Below, piece by piece: positions 8,836 to 18,284 of a stretch of DNA of 55,154 bases (position 1 is the stretch's first letter; every line of letters begins with the position of its first letter). The notes under the pieces are model-generated. The model ran no database searches, had not been told where the DNA came from, and was given only the letters and a program-made list of their open reading frames with translations. A program made the translations under genes and the position numbers. The stretch is from Candidatus Collierbacteria bacterium GW2011_GWC2_44_18. GTDB taxonomy: Bacteria > Patescibacteriota > Microgenomatia > UBA1400 > MFAQ01. The stretch is taken from positions 2,531-57,684 of the forward strand of contig LCIE01000003.1 in the NCBI GenBank assembly GCA_001000865.1, in the 5' to 3' direction.

Positions 8836-11800
8836 CTAGTTAAATTTATATATGTTTATTTCCCCTGAGTCAAAGATTTTCTCTAATTTTAGATCAGCTG
8901 GATTTAGATTTATCCGTTTGAGCCTAGTTTCGTAAACATATTTAATATTGTTTTTCTCTAAAAATGAGACACCCCAATCCTTATCTTCCGTGTCATAAAA
9001 ACGTTGGACGTCGCGAGCCCTACCAACATAATCGAAACCGGTAATATCCAAATTTATCGTGTCGGATAAGAACTCTGGTTGCCCAGAGAGTGCTGAAATA
9101 TAGGCAGTTGAAACATAGGCATAAAGAGGTTTGGGTGCCGATACACGACTAGCCGCCACCTCATCGTAGAGTGGAGACAGAACGATCCCTTTTGGCTCCG
9201 CTCGAAGCTTGTCCAGTGCCAATAGTTCGGTATAACTTAATCGTGAGGATGAGAAGTAACCGACGTAGTCCTTGAGGGTCCCGACAGTGGTGGCGATTGC
9301 GAGGAAGATGAGAATGATGACAATAAGATATTTAATGAAACCGAGTATGCGGAGATTTACCCCTTCGGGTATCAGCGAGCCCCGGTTCGAGTACAGAAAC
9401 CCTGCCTGCCGGCAGGCAGGTCGCAATGACGAAATGTATTTGGCGGTGAAAATGCCTAGAAAGAAGAGAGCATAGTACATGAACTGGATGGTGTTCCAGG
9501 GATTGATGTTTTGGATAAATAGAAGTGGCAACAATAAACCAAAGGCAATAATCCAGCGGACAATTGTTTCCGAATCAGAATGAGATTTTGACCGACTTAT
9601 TTCAAATAATCCCAAAAGACGGACTCCAAGATTCCCAACTAAGAATACAGCAAGAGCAAATAAATTGATTAAGCTAAGTTTAGCGAAGTTTCCCAAGGCC
9701 TCGTAGGCCTGCCAGGCTTCGACCAGACGAGGCCAGTAGACACGATCAAACGAAGCAAACAGACTGCGGGGGAACCAGAGAGGAGAAAATATAAATGGAG
9801 CCGGACCACCCAGCGTGGTAAAAGGAAGGGATATAAGAATACCGATGGCGAGGACGCCTGTAAATAGCTTGTATTTCTTGGTAAACAAAAGGGCTCCGAG
9901 TAAAAGGATAAGGGCGTAGACTTTGGTCTGAGCCAGGAGGCCACCGAGTATTACCGCAAGGATGGAGTGAGACCTGGCCGTAGGTACACGGCATCTTCGA
10001 CCTGCCGACAGGCAGGTTGCCAAGTTTTTTCGCAATGACGGTTTGGACTGGATTGCCGCGTCGGTCGCCTCAGGCGACCTCCTCGCAATGACAACAAGAA
10101 AGAGAAGGAGGAGAATGATCGAGAGGGCGTAGGGAGGATTCAAAAAGATGGAGACTGATTGGTTCGACCAGAAAGCCGATTCCCCGGTAAATAAGTCCTG
10201 ACCCATCAGTATTTTGGGGATGAATCCGAAGGAACCGGCGAGAAAAACTAACAAAATGGACAGTAGTCTCTCCGATCGGGAGTAATGCCAAGTTTTAAGA
10301 AGTTTGTCTAATAACAAAACGATGGCGATACCGGCCAGAATAGGAAAGACGCGGAAATAGAAGTCTAAGGTAGAGAGACCGGAAAGTTTGACCACAAGTC
10401 CGGAGATAAAATCAAAGAGGAAGTGATAGTTGGCTATTTTCTCACCTGCTATCTGAGGATGGGAAAAACTAAAAGAATTGGAGGAAAATTTTTCGATTAA
10501 AGACAAATGAAAAAGGGCGTCATGGCCATTGGGACCCCAGAAACCCATACCAAAAGGATAAAGGAGACCGCTGCGAAAAACCGTTAGACTGGTGAGGAGA
10601 GCAACTATGACTCCTAGTATTATGGTGGAGTGAGACCTGCCTGCCGGCAGGCAGGTTGCAAAGTTTTTTCGCAATGACGATAAACGTGATTTTTTATTCT
10701 TCTGAATAATTAGGGTGATGGTTATTAAGCCGAGAAGCCAGAAGGGCCAAGTGGAATGAGAGGCGTTTTTGAATGGGATGTATGGAGTTATTTTCCAGAT
10801 AACTCTGGCATTGGATACAAGGAGTTTTATGTCTTTGGAAACAACTACCGGTGCGGTAAAATTGGAGAAGACTATTTTGTCAGGCTGAAGAGTAAGTAAC
10901 TTTCCGTCCTGCCATAGTGAAGTTTGCCAGTAGTCCCACTGCTTGGAACGGACAAGATCGGCTTTTTGTAAATCTATATCAAGAACTACTTCCTTACCGG
11001 GAAATTTTACCGAATCAATCACCGCCGGAATTTCGTGGAAAAGACCAAGATCCTGATTGGGGGTAGTAAGGTAATCTTCGTAAATTTCTCGATTGAAAAC
11101 TCTGAAATCGATAATATAGGTTTTGCCGTTTTCCGACTTGAGACCAAGACGGTAGAAGGGACTCTGGTACCAAAAAACCTTACCGGAATTGACCTCGGTG
11201 AGGTCTCCGGTCTGATAAAAATAGGAAGGAGAACTTTCGGGATAACGGGCTTTGAACCAATCTCCAAAGTCCGAAAGTGAGATGGGGTGAAGATTAAATT
11301 TGTCGTGATTGACCTTTAGAGCTCTGTAAACGTTGTTAATTTCATTTTTGTAGAGAGTCAGATCGTAATCATTCTCTAAGCCAATATTTACGTAGGTAAA
11401 CTCGTTGACTCCTTTTTGATTGTACATAGCGAGCAACTTTTCAAAATACTTTGTGTCTTGACCCAACGCCAAATAATCGTTTACCTGAACCGAATGGAGA
11501 GAAGCGTTATTGGATCCGTAAAAATTAAACAGGTCTCGTTGAGCCCAGCGAACCATGGCCAAATTGATACGATTTCCGAAACTGTAGGCTGGTATTAATG
11601 AATTGTTTTTATCGGGAAAATAGGGGCTACCGAGATATCCACCCCACAAACGATAACTATCGGTGTTGTATTGATCGTCGCAGTTCATGGCCGTCAAGAC
11701 TGAATACTTGGACTGAAGATACTGCAAACTATAACTATCCAAATGCCATGCAGATACCGACTTGGGGTAAAAACCAAAACTAACAAAAAAGGCTGACATA

Positions 11801-12228
11801 TAGGTATCTATCAGCTTCTTTCTGTCCTCAATCGAGTACCCGGAAAGAAAAATACGATTGGCATTAAAAAGAGAGATTCCTCCAGGATAAATTACGTTGG
11901 CTGCTTCCGTTAATCTGGGGGTGATTTCCAAAAAAGATCCTAAAGACTGATTCTTGTCTGTTTCTATTAGACCGCTGAAGAACGCTGATATGGTGGCATC
12001 TTTTACGGCGTCGTAGCGAAGAAGCCAGGTGAGCGGAAGTGCCGATGAAGTGGACTCTTGATATTGATACAAAGGTAGAGCTAAAGGAGTCTGTTTGGGA
12101 TTCCCCCAACCTTCCGGCCCTCTGACCGGATTGGCAAAAGAAACATAAGTTTCCGCCTTGAAAGCCTGCGCCTTTCCGGAAAAGCAGAAGAGGAGTAAAA
12201 AGAAAATGATAAAGATTTTTCTAAACAT
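8836..12228 (-). CDS. large membrane protein: signal peptide, ~500-aa exported domain, then a polytopic GT-C-like region (function unknown)
   Basis: 1130 aa. N-terminal MFRKIFIIFFLLLFCFSGKAQA signal and more than 12 hydrophobic helices in the C-terminal two thirds. Four hairpin-repeat copies (9352, 9964, 10050, 10627) are read through in frame. Confidence 0.6.
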   Translation of the reverse strand: MFRKIFIIFFLLLFCFSGKAQAFKAETYVSFANPVRGPEGWGNPKQTPLALPLYQYQESTSSALPLTWLLRYDAVKDATISAFFSGLIETDKNQSLGSFLEITPRLTEAANVIYPGGISLFNANRIFLSGYSIEDRKKLIDTYMSAFFVSFGFYPKSVSAWHLDSYSLQYLQSKYSVLTAMNCDDQYNTDSYRLWGGYLGSPYFPDKNNSLIPAYSFGNRINLAMVRWAQRDLFNFYGSNNASLHSVQVNDYLALGQDTKYFEKLLAMYNQKGVNEFTYVNIGLENDYDLTLYKNEINNVYRALKVNHDKFNLHPISLSDFGDWFKARYPESSPSYFYQTGDLTEVNSGKVFWYQSPFYRLGLKSENGKTYIIDFRVFNREIYEDYLTTPNQDLGLFHEIPAVIDSVKFPGKEVVLDIDLQKADLVRSKQWDYWQTSLWQDGKLLTLQPDKIVFSNFTAPVVVSKDIKLLVSNARVIWKITPYIPFKNASHSTWPFWLLGLITITLIIQKNKKSRLSSLRKNFATCLPAGRSHSTIILGVIVALLTSLTVFRSGLLYPFGMGFWGPNGHDALFHLSLIEKFSSNSFSFSHPQIAGEKIANYHFLFDFISGLVVKLSGLSTLDFYFRVFPILAGIAIVLLLDKLLKTWHYSRSERLLSILLVFLAGSFGFIPKILMGQDLFTGESAFWSNQSVSIFLNPPYALSIILLLLFLVVIARRSPEATDAAIQSKPSLRKNLATCLSAGRRCRVPTARSHSILAVILGGLLAQTKVYALILLLGALLFTKKYKLFTGVLAIGILISLPFTTLGGPAPFIFSPLWFPRSLFASFDRVYWPRLVEAWQAYEALGNFAKLSLINLFALAVFLVGNLGVRLLGLFEISRSKSHSDSETIVRWIIAFGLLLPLLFIQNINPWNTIQFMYYALFFLGIFTAKYISSLRPACRQAGFLYSNRGSLIPEGVNLRILGFIKYLIVIILIFLAIATTVGTLKDYVGYFSSSRLSYTELLALDKLRAEPKGIVLSPLYDEVAASRVSAPKPLYAYVSTAYISALSGQPEFLSDTINLDITGFDYVGRARDVQRFYDTEDKDWGVSFLEKNNIKYVYETRLKRINLNPADLKLEKIFDSGEINIYKFN
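9352..9431 (+). repeat. composite hairpin repeat (module GAGATTTACCCCTTCGGGTATC... + 20-bp palindrome + GCAATGAC), inside a CDS
   Basis: The first ~50 nt are near-identical to the intergenic copy at 37060..37117. It contains the perfect palindrome CCTGCCTGCCGGCAGGCAGG (9401..9420). Confidence 0.85.
9964..10040 (+). repeat. hairpin repeat (GGAGTGAGACC...CAGGCAGGTTGC.AAGTTTTTTCGCAATGACG), inside a CDS
   Basis: Same head and tail as copy 10627..10679, with a longer, degenerate palindrome. Confidence 0.8.
10050..10092 (+). repeat. hairpin repeat GGATTGCCGCGTCGG...CTCGCAATGAC, inside a CDS
   Basis: Head is shared with 35961 (GGATTGCCGCGTCGC). The inner stem is GGTCGCCTCAGGCGACC. Confidence 0.8.
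10627..10679 (+). repeat. hairpin repeat with perfect 20-bp palindrome, inside a CDS
   Basis: GGAGTGAGA-CCTGCCTGCCGGCAGGCAGG-TTGCAAAGTTTTTTCGCAATGACG. Confidence 0.85.
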
Positions 12229-13699
12229 GTTTTATCTTAAAGTAACTAAGAGTATCCAGGAAAAACAATTTTCCTTCAAGAATTAATATAGCCAGGAAGT
12301 AAATAGCGATAGAAATAATGATTATTAGTGCCAGGGAAAGGAAAGAGAAAATTGAACCGACAGAGAGATACAACCAAAAACTCATGGGTAATAACGCCAA
12401 AATCGGGGTTTTGATAATATTGAAAAAATTAAAATCAACGTGTTTTTTGGCAAGTAATATGGTAACCAAGGAAGACGTGGCAATAATACCGGTAGCATAG
12501 GCAACGCCCAAGTAACCAAATTTAATCGCCATGAAGGGCATAGTTAACCAGGTTAGACCGGTCCACATTAGCATGAGTTTAAAAGTTGATTTAATATGTC
12601 CGGTGGCATTGAGAAGGTTGGTAAGACTAGTACTGATACTGGCCCAGGCCGAGTTATAAAGGTAAATATATAAAGGGATGATGGCAGGAAGCCATTTGAC
12701 ATAACGCGGAATCAAATGTGTCACGGGTAGTGCCAAAAAGCCCATACCGACAAGGATGGGAAAAGCTAGCAAACACATATATTTCAGACTAACTTCAACA
12801 GCTTTGGCCAATCTCACTTTGTCGTGCTGTAATCTGGCGAAGGTGGGGAAGGCTACTTTGGTGAGATTATCCATCACAATCCTAAGAGGTAAACCTGCCC
12901 AGCGCGAAGCCCACCCGATGTAACCGAGTCCTTGAGTACCAATGATGCGGGTAAGAATAATGGTCATGCCATCATCTTTGAGAACGGCCAAGAAAGTATT
13001 AACTTGATAAGGTAAACCGAAGCGCAGTAGATGCGAGAGCGAAGACCGGCTAATACCAAACGATGGTCGCCAAGGATAAACAAGATACATGGCGATAAGC
13101 CCAACCACTCCCCGACCGAGAACTGCCAGAGTAAAGGAGGTGACCCCGAGTCCTCTCCAAGCACAAAAGACGGCAATAGCGTTGAAGGTAAGTGTTTCCA
13201 ATACTTGTGGAAGAATCAACTTACTGAACTTGATTTCTCTTTCCAGCATGATCGAAGGAATTGTCTTTAGCGAGCTAAGGAAAAGTGAAATACCCATAGC
13301 ATACAGGAGATACATGCCGGTCTGATCGATCCGGTATTGGGTACGGATTAATGGAGAAAGAATAAAAAGAATGACAAGAAGTGAGATGACCAATATCTGT
13401 TGGACGGTAAAAGTGGTCGATAGATCTTCCTTGGTAATCCCCTCTTTCTTTTGAATGAGGGCTGCAGCCAAACCAACATCCGAGAAATAGGCAAGGAAGT
13501 TAACGACTGAAGAAACCAGATAGAAAACACCATAAGTATTGGGGTCCAGGAAAATGGTGAGAGCTAAGGTGGCGACAAAAGAAATAATTTGAATGATGAA
13601 AGTCCGGGAAATAAGAGCCATGACTCCAGAGACGGAACGTCGTTTGACTTCTTGAACTTCCAATGTGGATGGAGCGTCAGGAGGGGCGTTTTCGATCAT
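12221..13699 (-). CDS. Wzx/PST-type (MOP superfamily) oligosaccharide flippase
   Basis: 492 aa and polytopic. N-terminal region ALISRTFIIQIISFVATLALTIFLDPNTYGVFYLVSSVVNFLAYFSDVGLAAALIQKKE is typical of polysaccharide biosynthesis flippases. Confidence 0.7.
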   Translation of the reverse strand: MIENAPPDAPSTLEVQEVKRRSVSGVMALISRTFIIQIISFVATLALTIFLDPNTYGVFYLVSSVVNFLAYFSDVGLAAALIQKKEGITKEDLSTTFTVQQILVISLLVILFILSPLIRTQYRIDQTGMYLLYAMGISLFLSSLKTIPSIMLEREIKFSKLILPQVLETLTFNAIAVFCAWRGLGVTSFTLAVLGRGVVGLIAMYLVYPWRPSFGISRSSLSHLLRFGLPYQVNTFLAVLKDDGMTIILTRIIGTQGLGYIGWASRWAGLPLRIVMDNLTKVAFPTFARLQHDKVRLAKAVEVSLKYMCLLAFPILVGMGFLALPVTHLIPRYVKWLPAIIPLYIYLYNSAWASISTSLTNLLNATGHIKSTFKLMLMWTGLTWLTMPFMAIKFGYLGVAYATGIIATSSLVTILLAKKHVDFNFFNIIKTPILALLPMSFWLYLSVGSIFSFLSLALIIIISIAIYFLAILILEGKLFFLDTLSYFKIKHV

Positions 13700-15380
13700 C
13701 GGAAATTAATTTTATTAATATTAGAGTAGAGAATAAGGTAAGTAAATCGGACAAGAGTCGAACCGTGGTGTAGCCAATCTTCGACCATACACTGTGGACC
13801 CCTTGATTGACGGTGACAACCACTCTCCCAAGATCGGGGTCGATCTCGGTAAAGACTTTTTTACCATCAATTTTGGTCGTTAGACCAGGGAAAGTATAAA
13901 GAGGTAACATAACTTTGGCAGAAGGAGAAGAAACATGGACGTCAAAACTCATCCAGTTGGATCCCGCTTTGAAATTTAATATTCCGCCTTGTCCTTCCAA
14001 ATATTGAGGAATAGTAAAGGCGGGTCCACCCGGTGGTTTGGGGGCTGAGCGGGGAAGATAGTCAAAAATACCGCCCGTGACCTGATTCTCCCAAGAGAGA
14101 CCTGACATTTTTTCCTGAATGGTTACTCTGACATGCCTTTCGAATCGGAAGAAGGGTGCATTCAGCAAAATGGTACTTAAAATTAAGACAGAAAACAGAA
14201 TCGGTTTTAAAATCTTGGGAATCGCTATGGTAACAAGATAACCGGTGGCAAAGGAAAAATAGAAAACTATCAAAGCAACCAAACGCCATGGAAACTGCGC
14301 AAACTGAAGAATACTAAGTCTTTCCCAAATAAAGTTTGAGCGGCTGTGGGTGAGAAAAGCGTACAAAAACCCAAAAGCTACGACCATTAGAATCATCATC
14401 GAAGTGTACTTTTGTTTTTTTAATCTAAAGGTGGCCATGATAGCGGCCAGCAGCGCGCCGAGCCACTGGACATGACCGATAGAAAAAGACATCCCGTCCT
14501 CCGGACCCCAGGTGGAACCGCCATAGCCCCAAAAACGAGATAGAAATAATTGTTTAATATCAGCAAAGTGAGCTAGATAGTTAAAATAACCGATAGTCAT
14601 GGAATCGACATGGACGAATTTTTGTTCTAAGACCACTGGGATAAAGAAAAAGGCCGAGAGCCCAATTCCTAGAAGACCGGCCAGAAAAAGATTTTTGATT
14701 GCTGTAAATTTTCCGGTTTTCCACATCCAAAAAATAGCCCAGATGATGGCTGTTGGAGCAAAAACTAAAGTCATCACATTGTGGGAGGTAAGCTGTAACA
14801 TTAAGGCGATACTAAGCAGAATAAAATCTGTTTTGGATTTTTCTTTGGTGATTAGCCGATAAATATAGAGAAGGACGAAGGGGAACCAGATCATGCCCCA
14901 CCCCTCATTCATGGCGCCACGAACGTAAATATCGACCGAATGATAAGGAGAGTAAACATAGATAACACCTGCCAAGATACCTCCCCATCTACCAAAGAAC
15001 TCCTTTGCCAAGAGATACATCCCTAGGCCAGAAAGCAAAAAGGCAAGAGCAAACATGACCTTGACGGGCAAGAAATAACCGGCTCCCAAAAGAACCATCA
15101 GCTCCATGGGGTAGTAAGGCATGGGCGGATAAAACTCCATCAAGGGATAGCCATAGCCATAACCGGCGTCAGGAACCCAACGGCAAGGAATCTGACCGTC
15201 GAGGATACATTTGTGAACTTCATAAAGTCGGAACACTTGAAGGTCGTCATGCATGGGAAAAAACCCCGGCTTAAAAATATCGGCAACGGCCGGCAGTAAC
15301 AATAAGAGCAGGAATAACTCCAAACGGAAGTGCCAAAACAGTTTGGCGAAAGAGGATATCGATTGGAGAAAGTAACGCAT
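13677..15380 (-). CDS. GT-C-like polytopic membrane protein
   Basis: 567 aa with many TM helices. It has the FFPMHDDLQVFRLYE...GQIPCRWVPDAGYGYGYP first-loop motif and a C-terminal exported domain. Confidence 0.5.
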   Translation of the reverse strand: MRYFLQSISSFAKLFWHFRLELFLLLLLLPAVADIFKPGFFPMHDDLQVFRLYEVHKCILDGQIPCRWVPDAGYGYGYPLMEFYPPMPYYPMELMVLLGAGYFLPVKVMFALAFLLSGLGMYLLAKEFFGRWGGILAGVIYVYSPYHSVDIYVRGAMNEGWGMIWFPFVLLYIYRLITKEKSKTDFILLSIALMLQLTSHNVMTLVFAPTAIIWAIFWMWKTGKFTAIKNLFLAGLLGIGLSAFFFIPVVLEQKFVHVDSMTIGYFNYLAHFADIKQLFLSRFWGYGGSTWGPEDGMSFSIGHVQWLGALLAAIMATFRLKKQKYTSMMILMVVAFGFLYAFLTHSRSNFIWERLSILQFAQFPWRLVALIVFYFSFATGYLVTIAIPKILKPILFSVLILSTILLNAPFFRFERHVRVTIQEKMSGLSWENQVTGGIFDYLPRSAPKPPGGPAFTIPQYLEGQGGILNFKAGSNWMSFDVHVSSPSAKVMLPLYTFPGLTTKIDGKKVFTEIDPDLGRVVVTVNQGVHSVWSKIGYTTVRLLSDLLTLFSTLILIKLISDDRKRPS

Positions 15381-15411
15381 GTGGCTTAATTATATACGGA
15401 GCAGAACAGGT

Positions 15412-16944
15412 TTATTTCAGGCGGAAGAATTGGAGGGATTCGCGGGTGCCGTCCGACCGGACCATCTTGGGATACTCCTTAATTAACTCGAGTTTGGATA
15501 AGTCGCCTGCAGAAAGGTGATTCCGGGATTTGTTTATAACCAAGAAGCGCAGATTGTCACTAGAGGTGTTCAGAAGACCGGAAGGGATTTCCGAAACATA
15601 GTAAGTAGAACCAACAATGGTAATGTTTGTATTGCCTTCGGTATAGATCTGCAAACCGTCCGGTAGAGTACCAAAAAATCCTTCGGTAAAAACGACTACC
15701 TGCCTGCCGGCAGGCAGGCCTGCCTGTCCGTTTGGCAGGTTTCTTTCCTGCTCTAACAAGTACCGAGCCACTTCCTTTTGACCGTAGCCGGCAGTCCACT
15801 CCTCGAAGTAGCCATTGCGCATGTCAAACGGCATGGGTGCAATGGTAGGGTTGAATAAATAAACAAGGGAAATGAGAAGTGGTACGGAAAGAAAGAGAGT
15901 GATCGATAATTTGATCAGAAGTCCCTTGCGGCTAAAAAGCCAATGAAGTCCCAAACCAGCCAGTGGAATTAAAGGCAAAACGGCGTATAAAATATAGCGG
16001 CTGGTATAGACTTTAGCAACGAAGGCCTGGTACAGGAGAGGAGCTAGGGCGACAATAATCAATAATATATATTGACGTCTGACTTTTGAGTTTAGGTAGC
16101 CTAGTCCTCCCAACAACAGCACCGTAGGTGAGAGCAATAGGAATAACCAGTTTAAAGTGGTTTCAATATTGCCGATAAAAGGTGCCATGGGATGAGACAA
16201 AACCTCTTTGATAGAAAAAACGTAATCTTGGTTCCGAGCACCGATCATCTGAAAACCAACACCCAAACGGAGAATGGCATACATAGCCTGAGAAATAAAC
16301 AGGGACAGGAGTAAACCCCAAAGAAGTTTCTTTATAAGATCGATGGAGATTTTTTTTTGATCGAGAAAAAATAATATGACGAGCAAGGCCCAAAAATAAA
16401 AAATCATAGCCGGGGACTTGGTAAGGAGCCCGCCGCCGATAGCAAACCCCAGGTACATAGCATGTTCATTTTGAAGAGTTTTGGCGAATTTTACGGCAAA
16501 GACCAGAGACCAAACTCCAAACATGGCCAGTAAACTGTCTGCCAGCGCCATGCGGTCGAAAAACATGGTGAAAGGAATAATGGCGTAAATGAGAGAAGAA
16601 AAAAGAGCAATAAAGGGATCGGAAAAGAGTAATAAGGCCAGTGTTCCTATACCAACCAAGGAACCAAAACCGGCAAAAACGGAGACGAAACGACCGGCAA
16701 TCAACGGATCAGACACGAGTTTAAGAAAAGGTATAGTGGACCACATAAAGAGAGGTTGTTTGCCATCCGACAGTGGTAAGAAGCGAAGTGTAGGCTCCGC
16801 GCGCATTACCTGGGACCAGCGAATATAAATGGCCTCGTCGACAAAGACAGGAACTTGCCCCAAACGATAAAACCGAAAAAATAAAAAGAGAGCCAGGGTA
16901 ATAATAGCCAAACCGAGTAGCCAAAGAACTTTATTTTTGGTCAT
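15412..16944 (-). CDS. ArnT/PMT-type (GT39/GT83-like) GT-C glycosyltransferase
   Basis: 510 aa. FRFYRLGQVPVFVDEAIYIRW loop after TM1 (DExxY). It overlaps the upstream Dpm1-like GT2 by 14 nt and contains palindrome 15699..15718 in frame (LPAGRQ). Confidence 0.7.
   Translation of the reverse strand: MTKNKVLWLLGLAIITLALFLFFRFYRLGQVPVFVDEAIYIRWSQVMRAEPTLRFLPLSDGKQPLFMWSTIPFLKLVSDPLIAGRFVSVFAGFGSLVGIGTLALLLFSDPFIALFSSLIYAIIPFTMFFDRMALADSLLAMFGVWSLVFAVKFAKTLQNEHAMYLGFAIGGGLLTKSPAMIFYFWALLVILFFLDQKKISIDLIKKLLWGLLLSLFISQAMYAILRLGVGFQMIGARNQDYVFSIKEVLSHPMAPFIGNIETTLNWLFLLLSPTVLLLGGLGYLNSKVRRQYILLIIVALAPLLYQAFVAKVYTSRYILYAVLPLIPLAGLGLHWLFSRKGLLIKLSITLFLSVPLLISLVYLFNPTIAPMPFDMRNGYFEEWTAGYGQKEVARYLLEQERNLPNGQAGLPAGRQVVVFTEGFFGTLPDGLQIYTEGNTNITIVGSTYYVSEIPSGLLNTSSDNLRFLVINKSRNHLSAGDLSKLELIKEYPKMVRSDGTRESLQFFRLK
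15699..15739 (+). repeat. 20-bp palindrome CCTGCCTGCCGGCAGGCAGG plus a second imperfect hairpin, inside a CDS
   Basis: Perfect palindrome at 15699..15718, followed by CCTGCC-tgtccgttt-GGCAGG. Confidence 0.8.
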
Positions 16945-17692
16945 ATTTTCCGGTGAGATCGTTGATCTTTACTTGGATAATTTGTTTCACCATATCAATT
17001 GATTCACCAACAAAACTCTTTTGTTTACTTATGGAAGTGTCTTCGTTTTTCCAAGTTACATCGACTTCTTTAAGTTTGTAGCCGAGCTTTTCCGCTAGGA
17101 ATAATAGTTCAACATCGAAAGCCGAAACGGTCCACCCCTTACTGACAGCTTTTTTATCTTTGATAACACTAAGCAAGGGAAATATCTTTTTGGCAACATC
17201 CAATCTCAGGGCCTTGAAACCACACTGAGTATCGACGACATCGTGGAGTAACAACATACCCCTAAACGAACGAAAAGCCCAGGAAGAAAGCTGGCGTAAG
17301 GCTGAGAAGTTGTGGCGCATTTTGCCACGAGAACCAAAAACTACATCGTAGCCCCGGTCAAATGACGGAAGCAGTTTCTCGACTTCCTGAAGAGGGGTGG
17401 ATTGGTCCATATCGGTAAAGAGAACAATCTCACCCTTGGCGGCTTGAATGGCATTCCAAATACCAGCTGCCTTACCCCCGTGCTTGCCTCTGATCATGCG
17501 GAAACCGGGGTGCTTTTTGGTGTAATTTTCAACTATTTTATCTCCGCCATCACTCGACCCGTCGTCGTTGATGATAACTTCCCAAGGATAATGGGCTTTT
17601 CGGAGATATGCCGACATCTGTTCCAGGACTCCCCTTTTTAGATTGGCGTGTTCGTTATAGTTACTGATGACGATGGAGAGTTTGGGGGTCAT
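16931..17692 (-). CDS. Dpm1/GtrB/ArnC-like polyprenol-phosphate glycosyltransferase (GT2)
   Basis: LSIVISNYNEHANL...INDDGSSDGG...FTDMDQSTP. 253 aa and soluble or monotopic. Confidence 0.8.
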   Translation of the reverse strand: MTPKLSIVISNYNEHANLKRGVLEQMSAYLRKAHYPWEVIINDDGSSDGGDKIVENYTKKHPGFRMIRGKHGGKAAGIWNAIQAAKGEIVLFTDMDQSTPLQEVEKLLPSFDRGYDVVFGSRGKMRHNFSALRQLSSWAFRSFRGMLLLHDVVDTQCGFKALRLDVAKKIFPLLSVIKDKKAVSKGWTVSAFDVELLFLAEKLGYKLKEVDVTWKNEDTSISKQKSFVGESIDMVKQIIQVKINDLTGKYDQK

Positions 17693-17701
17693 TATTTTTA
17701 T

Positions 17702-17727
17702 GGATTCCGGATCGGGTCCGGAATGAC
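17702..17727 (+). repeat. short hairpin repeat ending GGAATGAC (intergenic)
   Basis: GGATTCCGGA-tcgggt-CCGGAATGAC, between the GT2 gene and orn. Confidence 0.55.
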
Positions 17728-17738
17728 AGTGTAGAGGT

Positions 17739-18284
17739 TTATTTAAAAAGGTTGGCTTGGTAGTATTTTAACTCATTGATCGACTCAACAATGTCTTTTC
17801 CTGCCCGATGAGCCTCGAGTTTGGGGTAATCGGGAATACGAGGATACCAACGGTGCATGATCTCTTTAATGGTATTGGTATCGATGATCCGGAAATGTAA
17901 ATAGTCATAGAGAAGAGGCATATATTCTCCCAGGAACTCGCGGTCGATATAAACCGAGGCACCGGCCAACACTCCGGTTTTGAAAGCACAATGAGCTTTG
18001 ACAAATTTTAAAGTTTCTTCGTACGCTCGCTTCAAGGTTACCTTGGAAGTGATAATCTCCTCCATCAATCCTGACTCCGAAAAATGCTCCTGGTTCCAGC
18101 GCACCATCCCCTTTAAGACCGACTCCGGCTGGTGAATGACCAGATCAGGCCCAATAGCTTTGATATTGAGCTTGGCATCGGTGATAACTGTGGCAATCTC
18201 CACAATCTGAGCTCTTTTGACGTCGAGATCGGTGAATTCCAAATCCAACCATACTAACGGACCGTTCGTGTAGTTAGTAATCAT
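17739..18284 (-). CDS. orn: oligoribonuclease (DEDDh 3'-5' exonuclease)
   Basis: LVWLDLEFTDLD (Exo I DxE), ...IDTNTIKEI..., HRAGKDIVESINELKYY (Exo III H-x4-D). The length of 181 aa fits Orn. Confidence 0.85.
   Translation of the reverse strand: MITNYTNGPLVWLDLEFTDLDVKRAQIVEIATVITDAKLNIKAIGPDLVIHQPESVLKGMVRWNQEHFSESGLMEEIITSKVTLKRAYEETLKFVKAHCAFKTGVLAGASVYIDREFLGEYMPLLYDYLHFRIIDTNTIKEIMHRWYPRIPDYPKLEAHRAGKDIVESINELKYYQANLFK

Noticed and set aside
9381-9396. tRNA-like T-arm strings (CCCCGGTTCGAGTAC) in repeat units
   Set aside because: They lack acceptor, D and anticodon arms, and they recur as part of the repeat module at 9352 and 37060.
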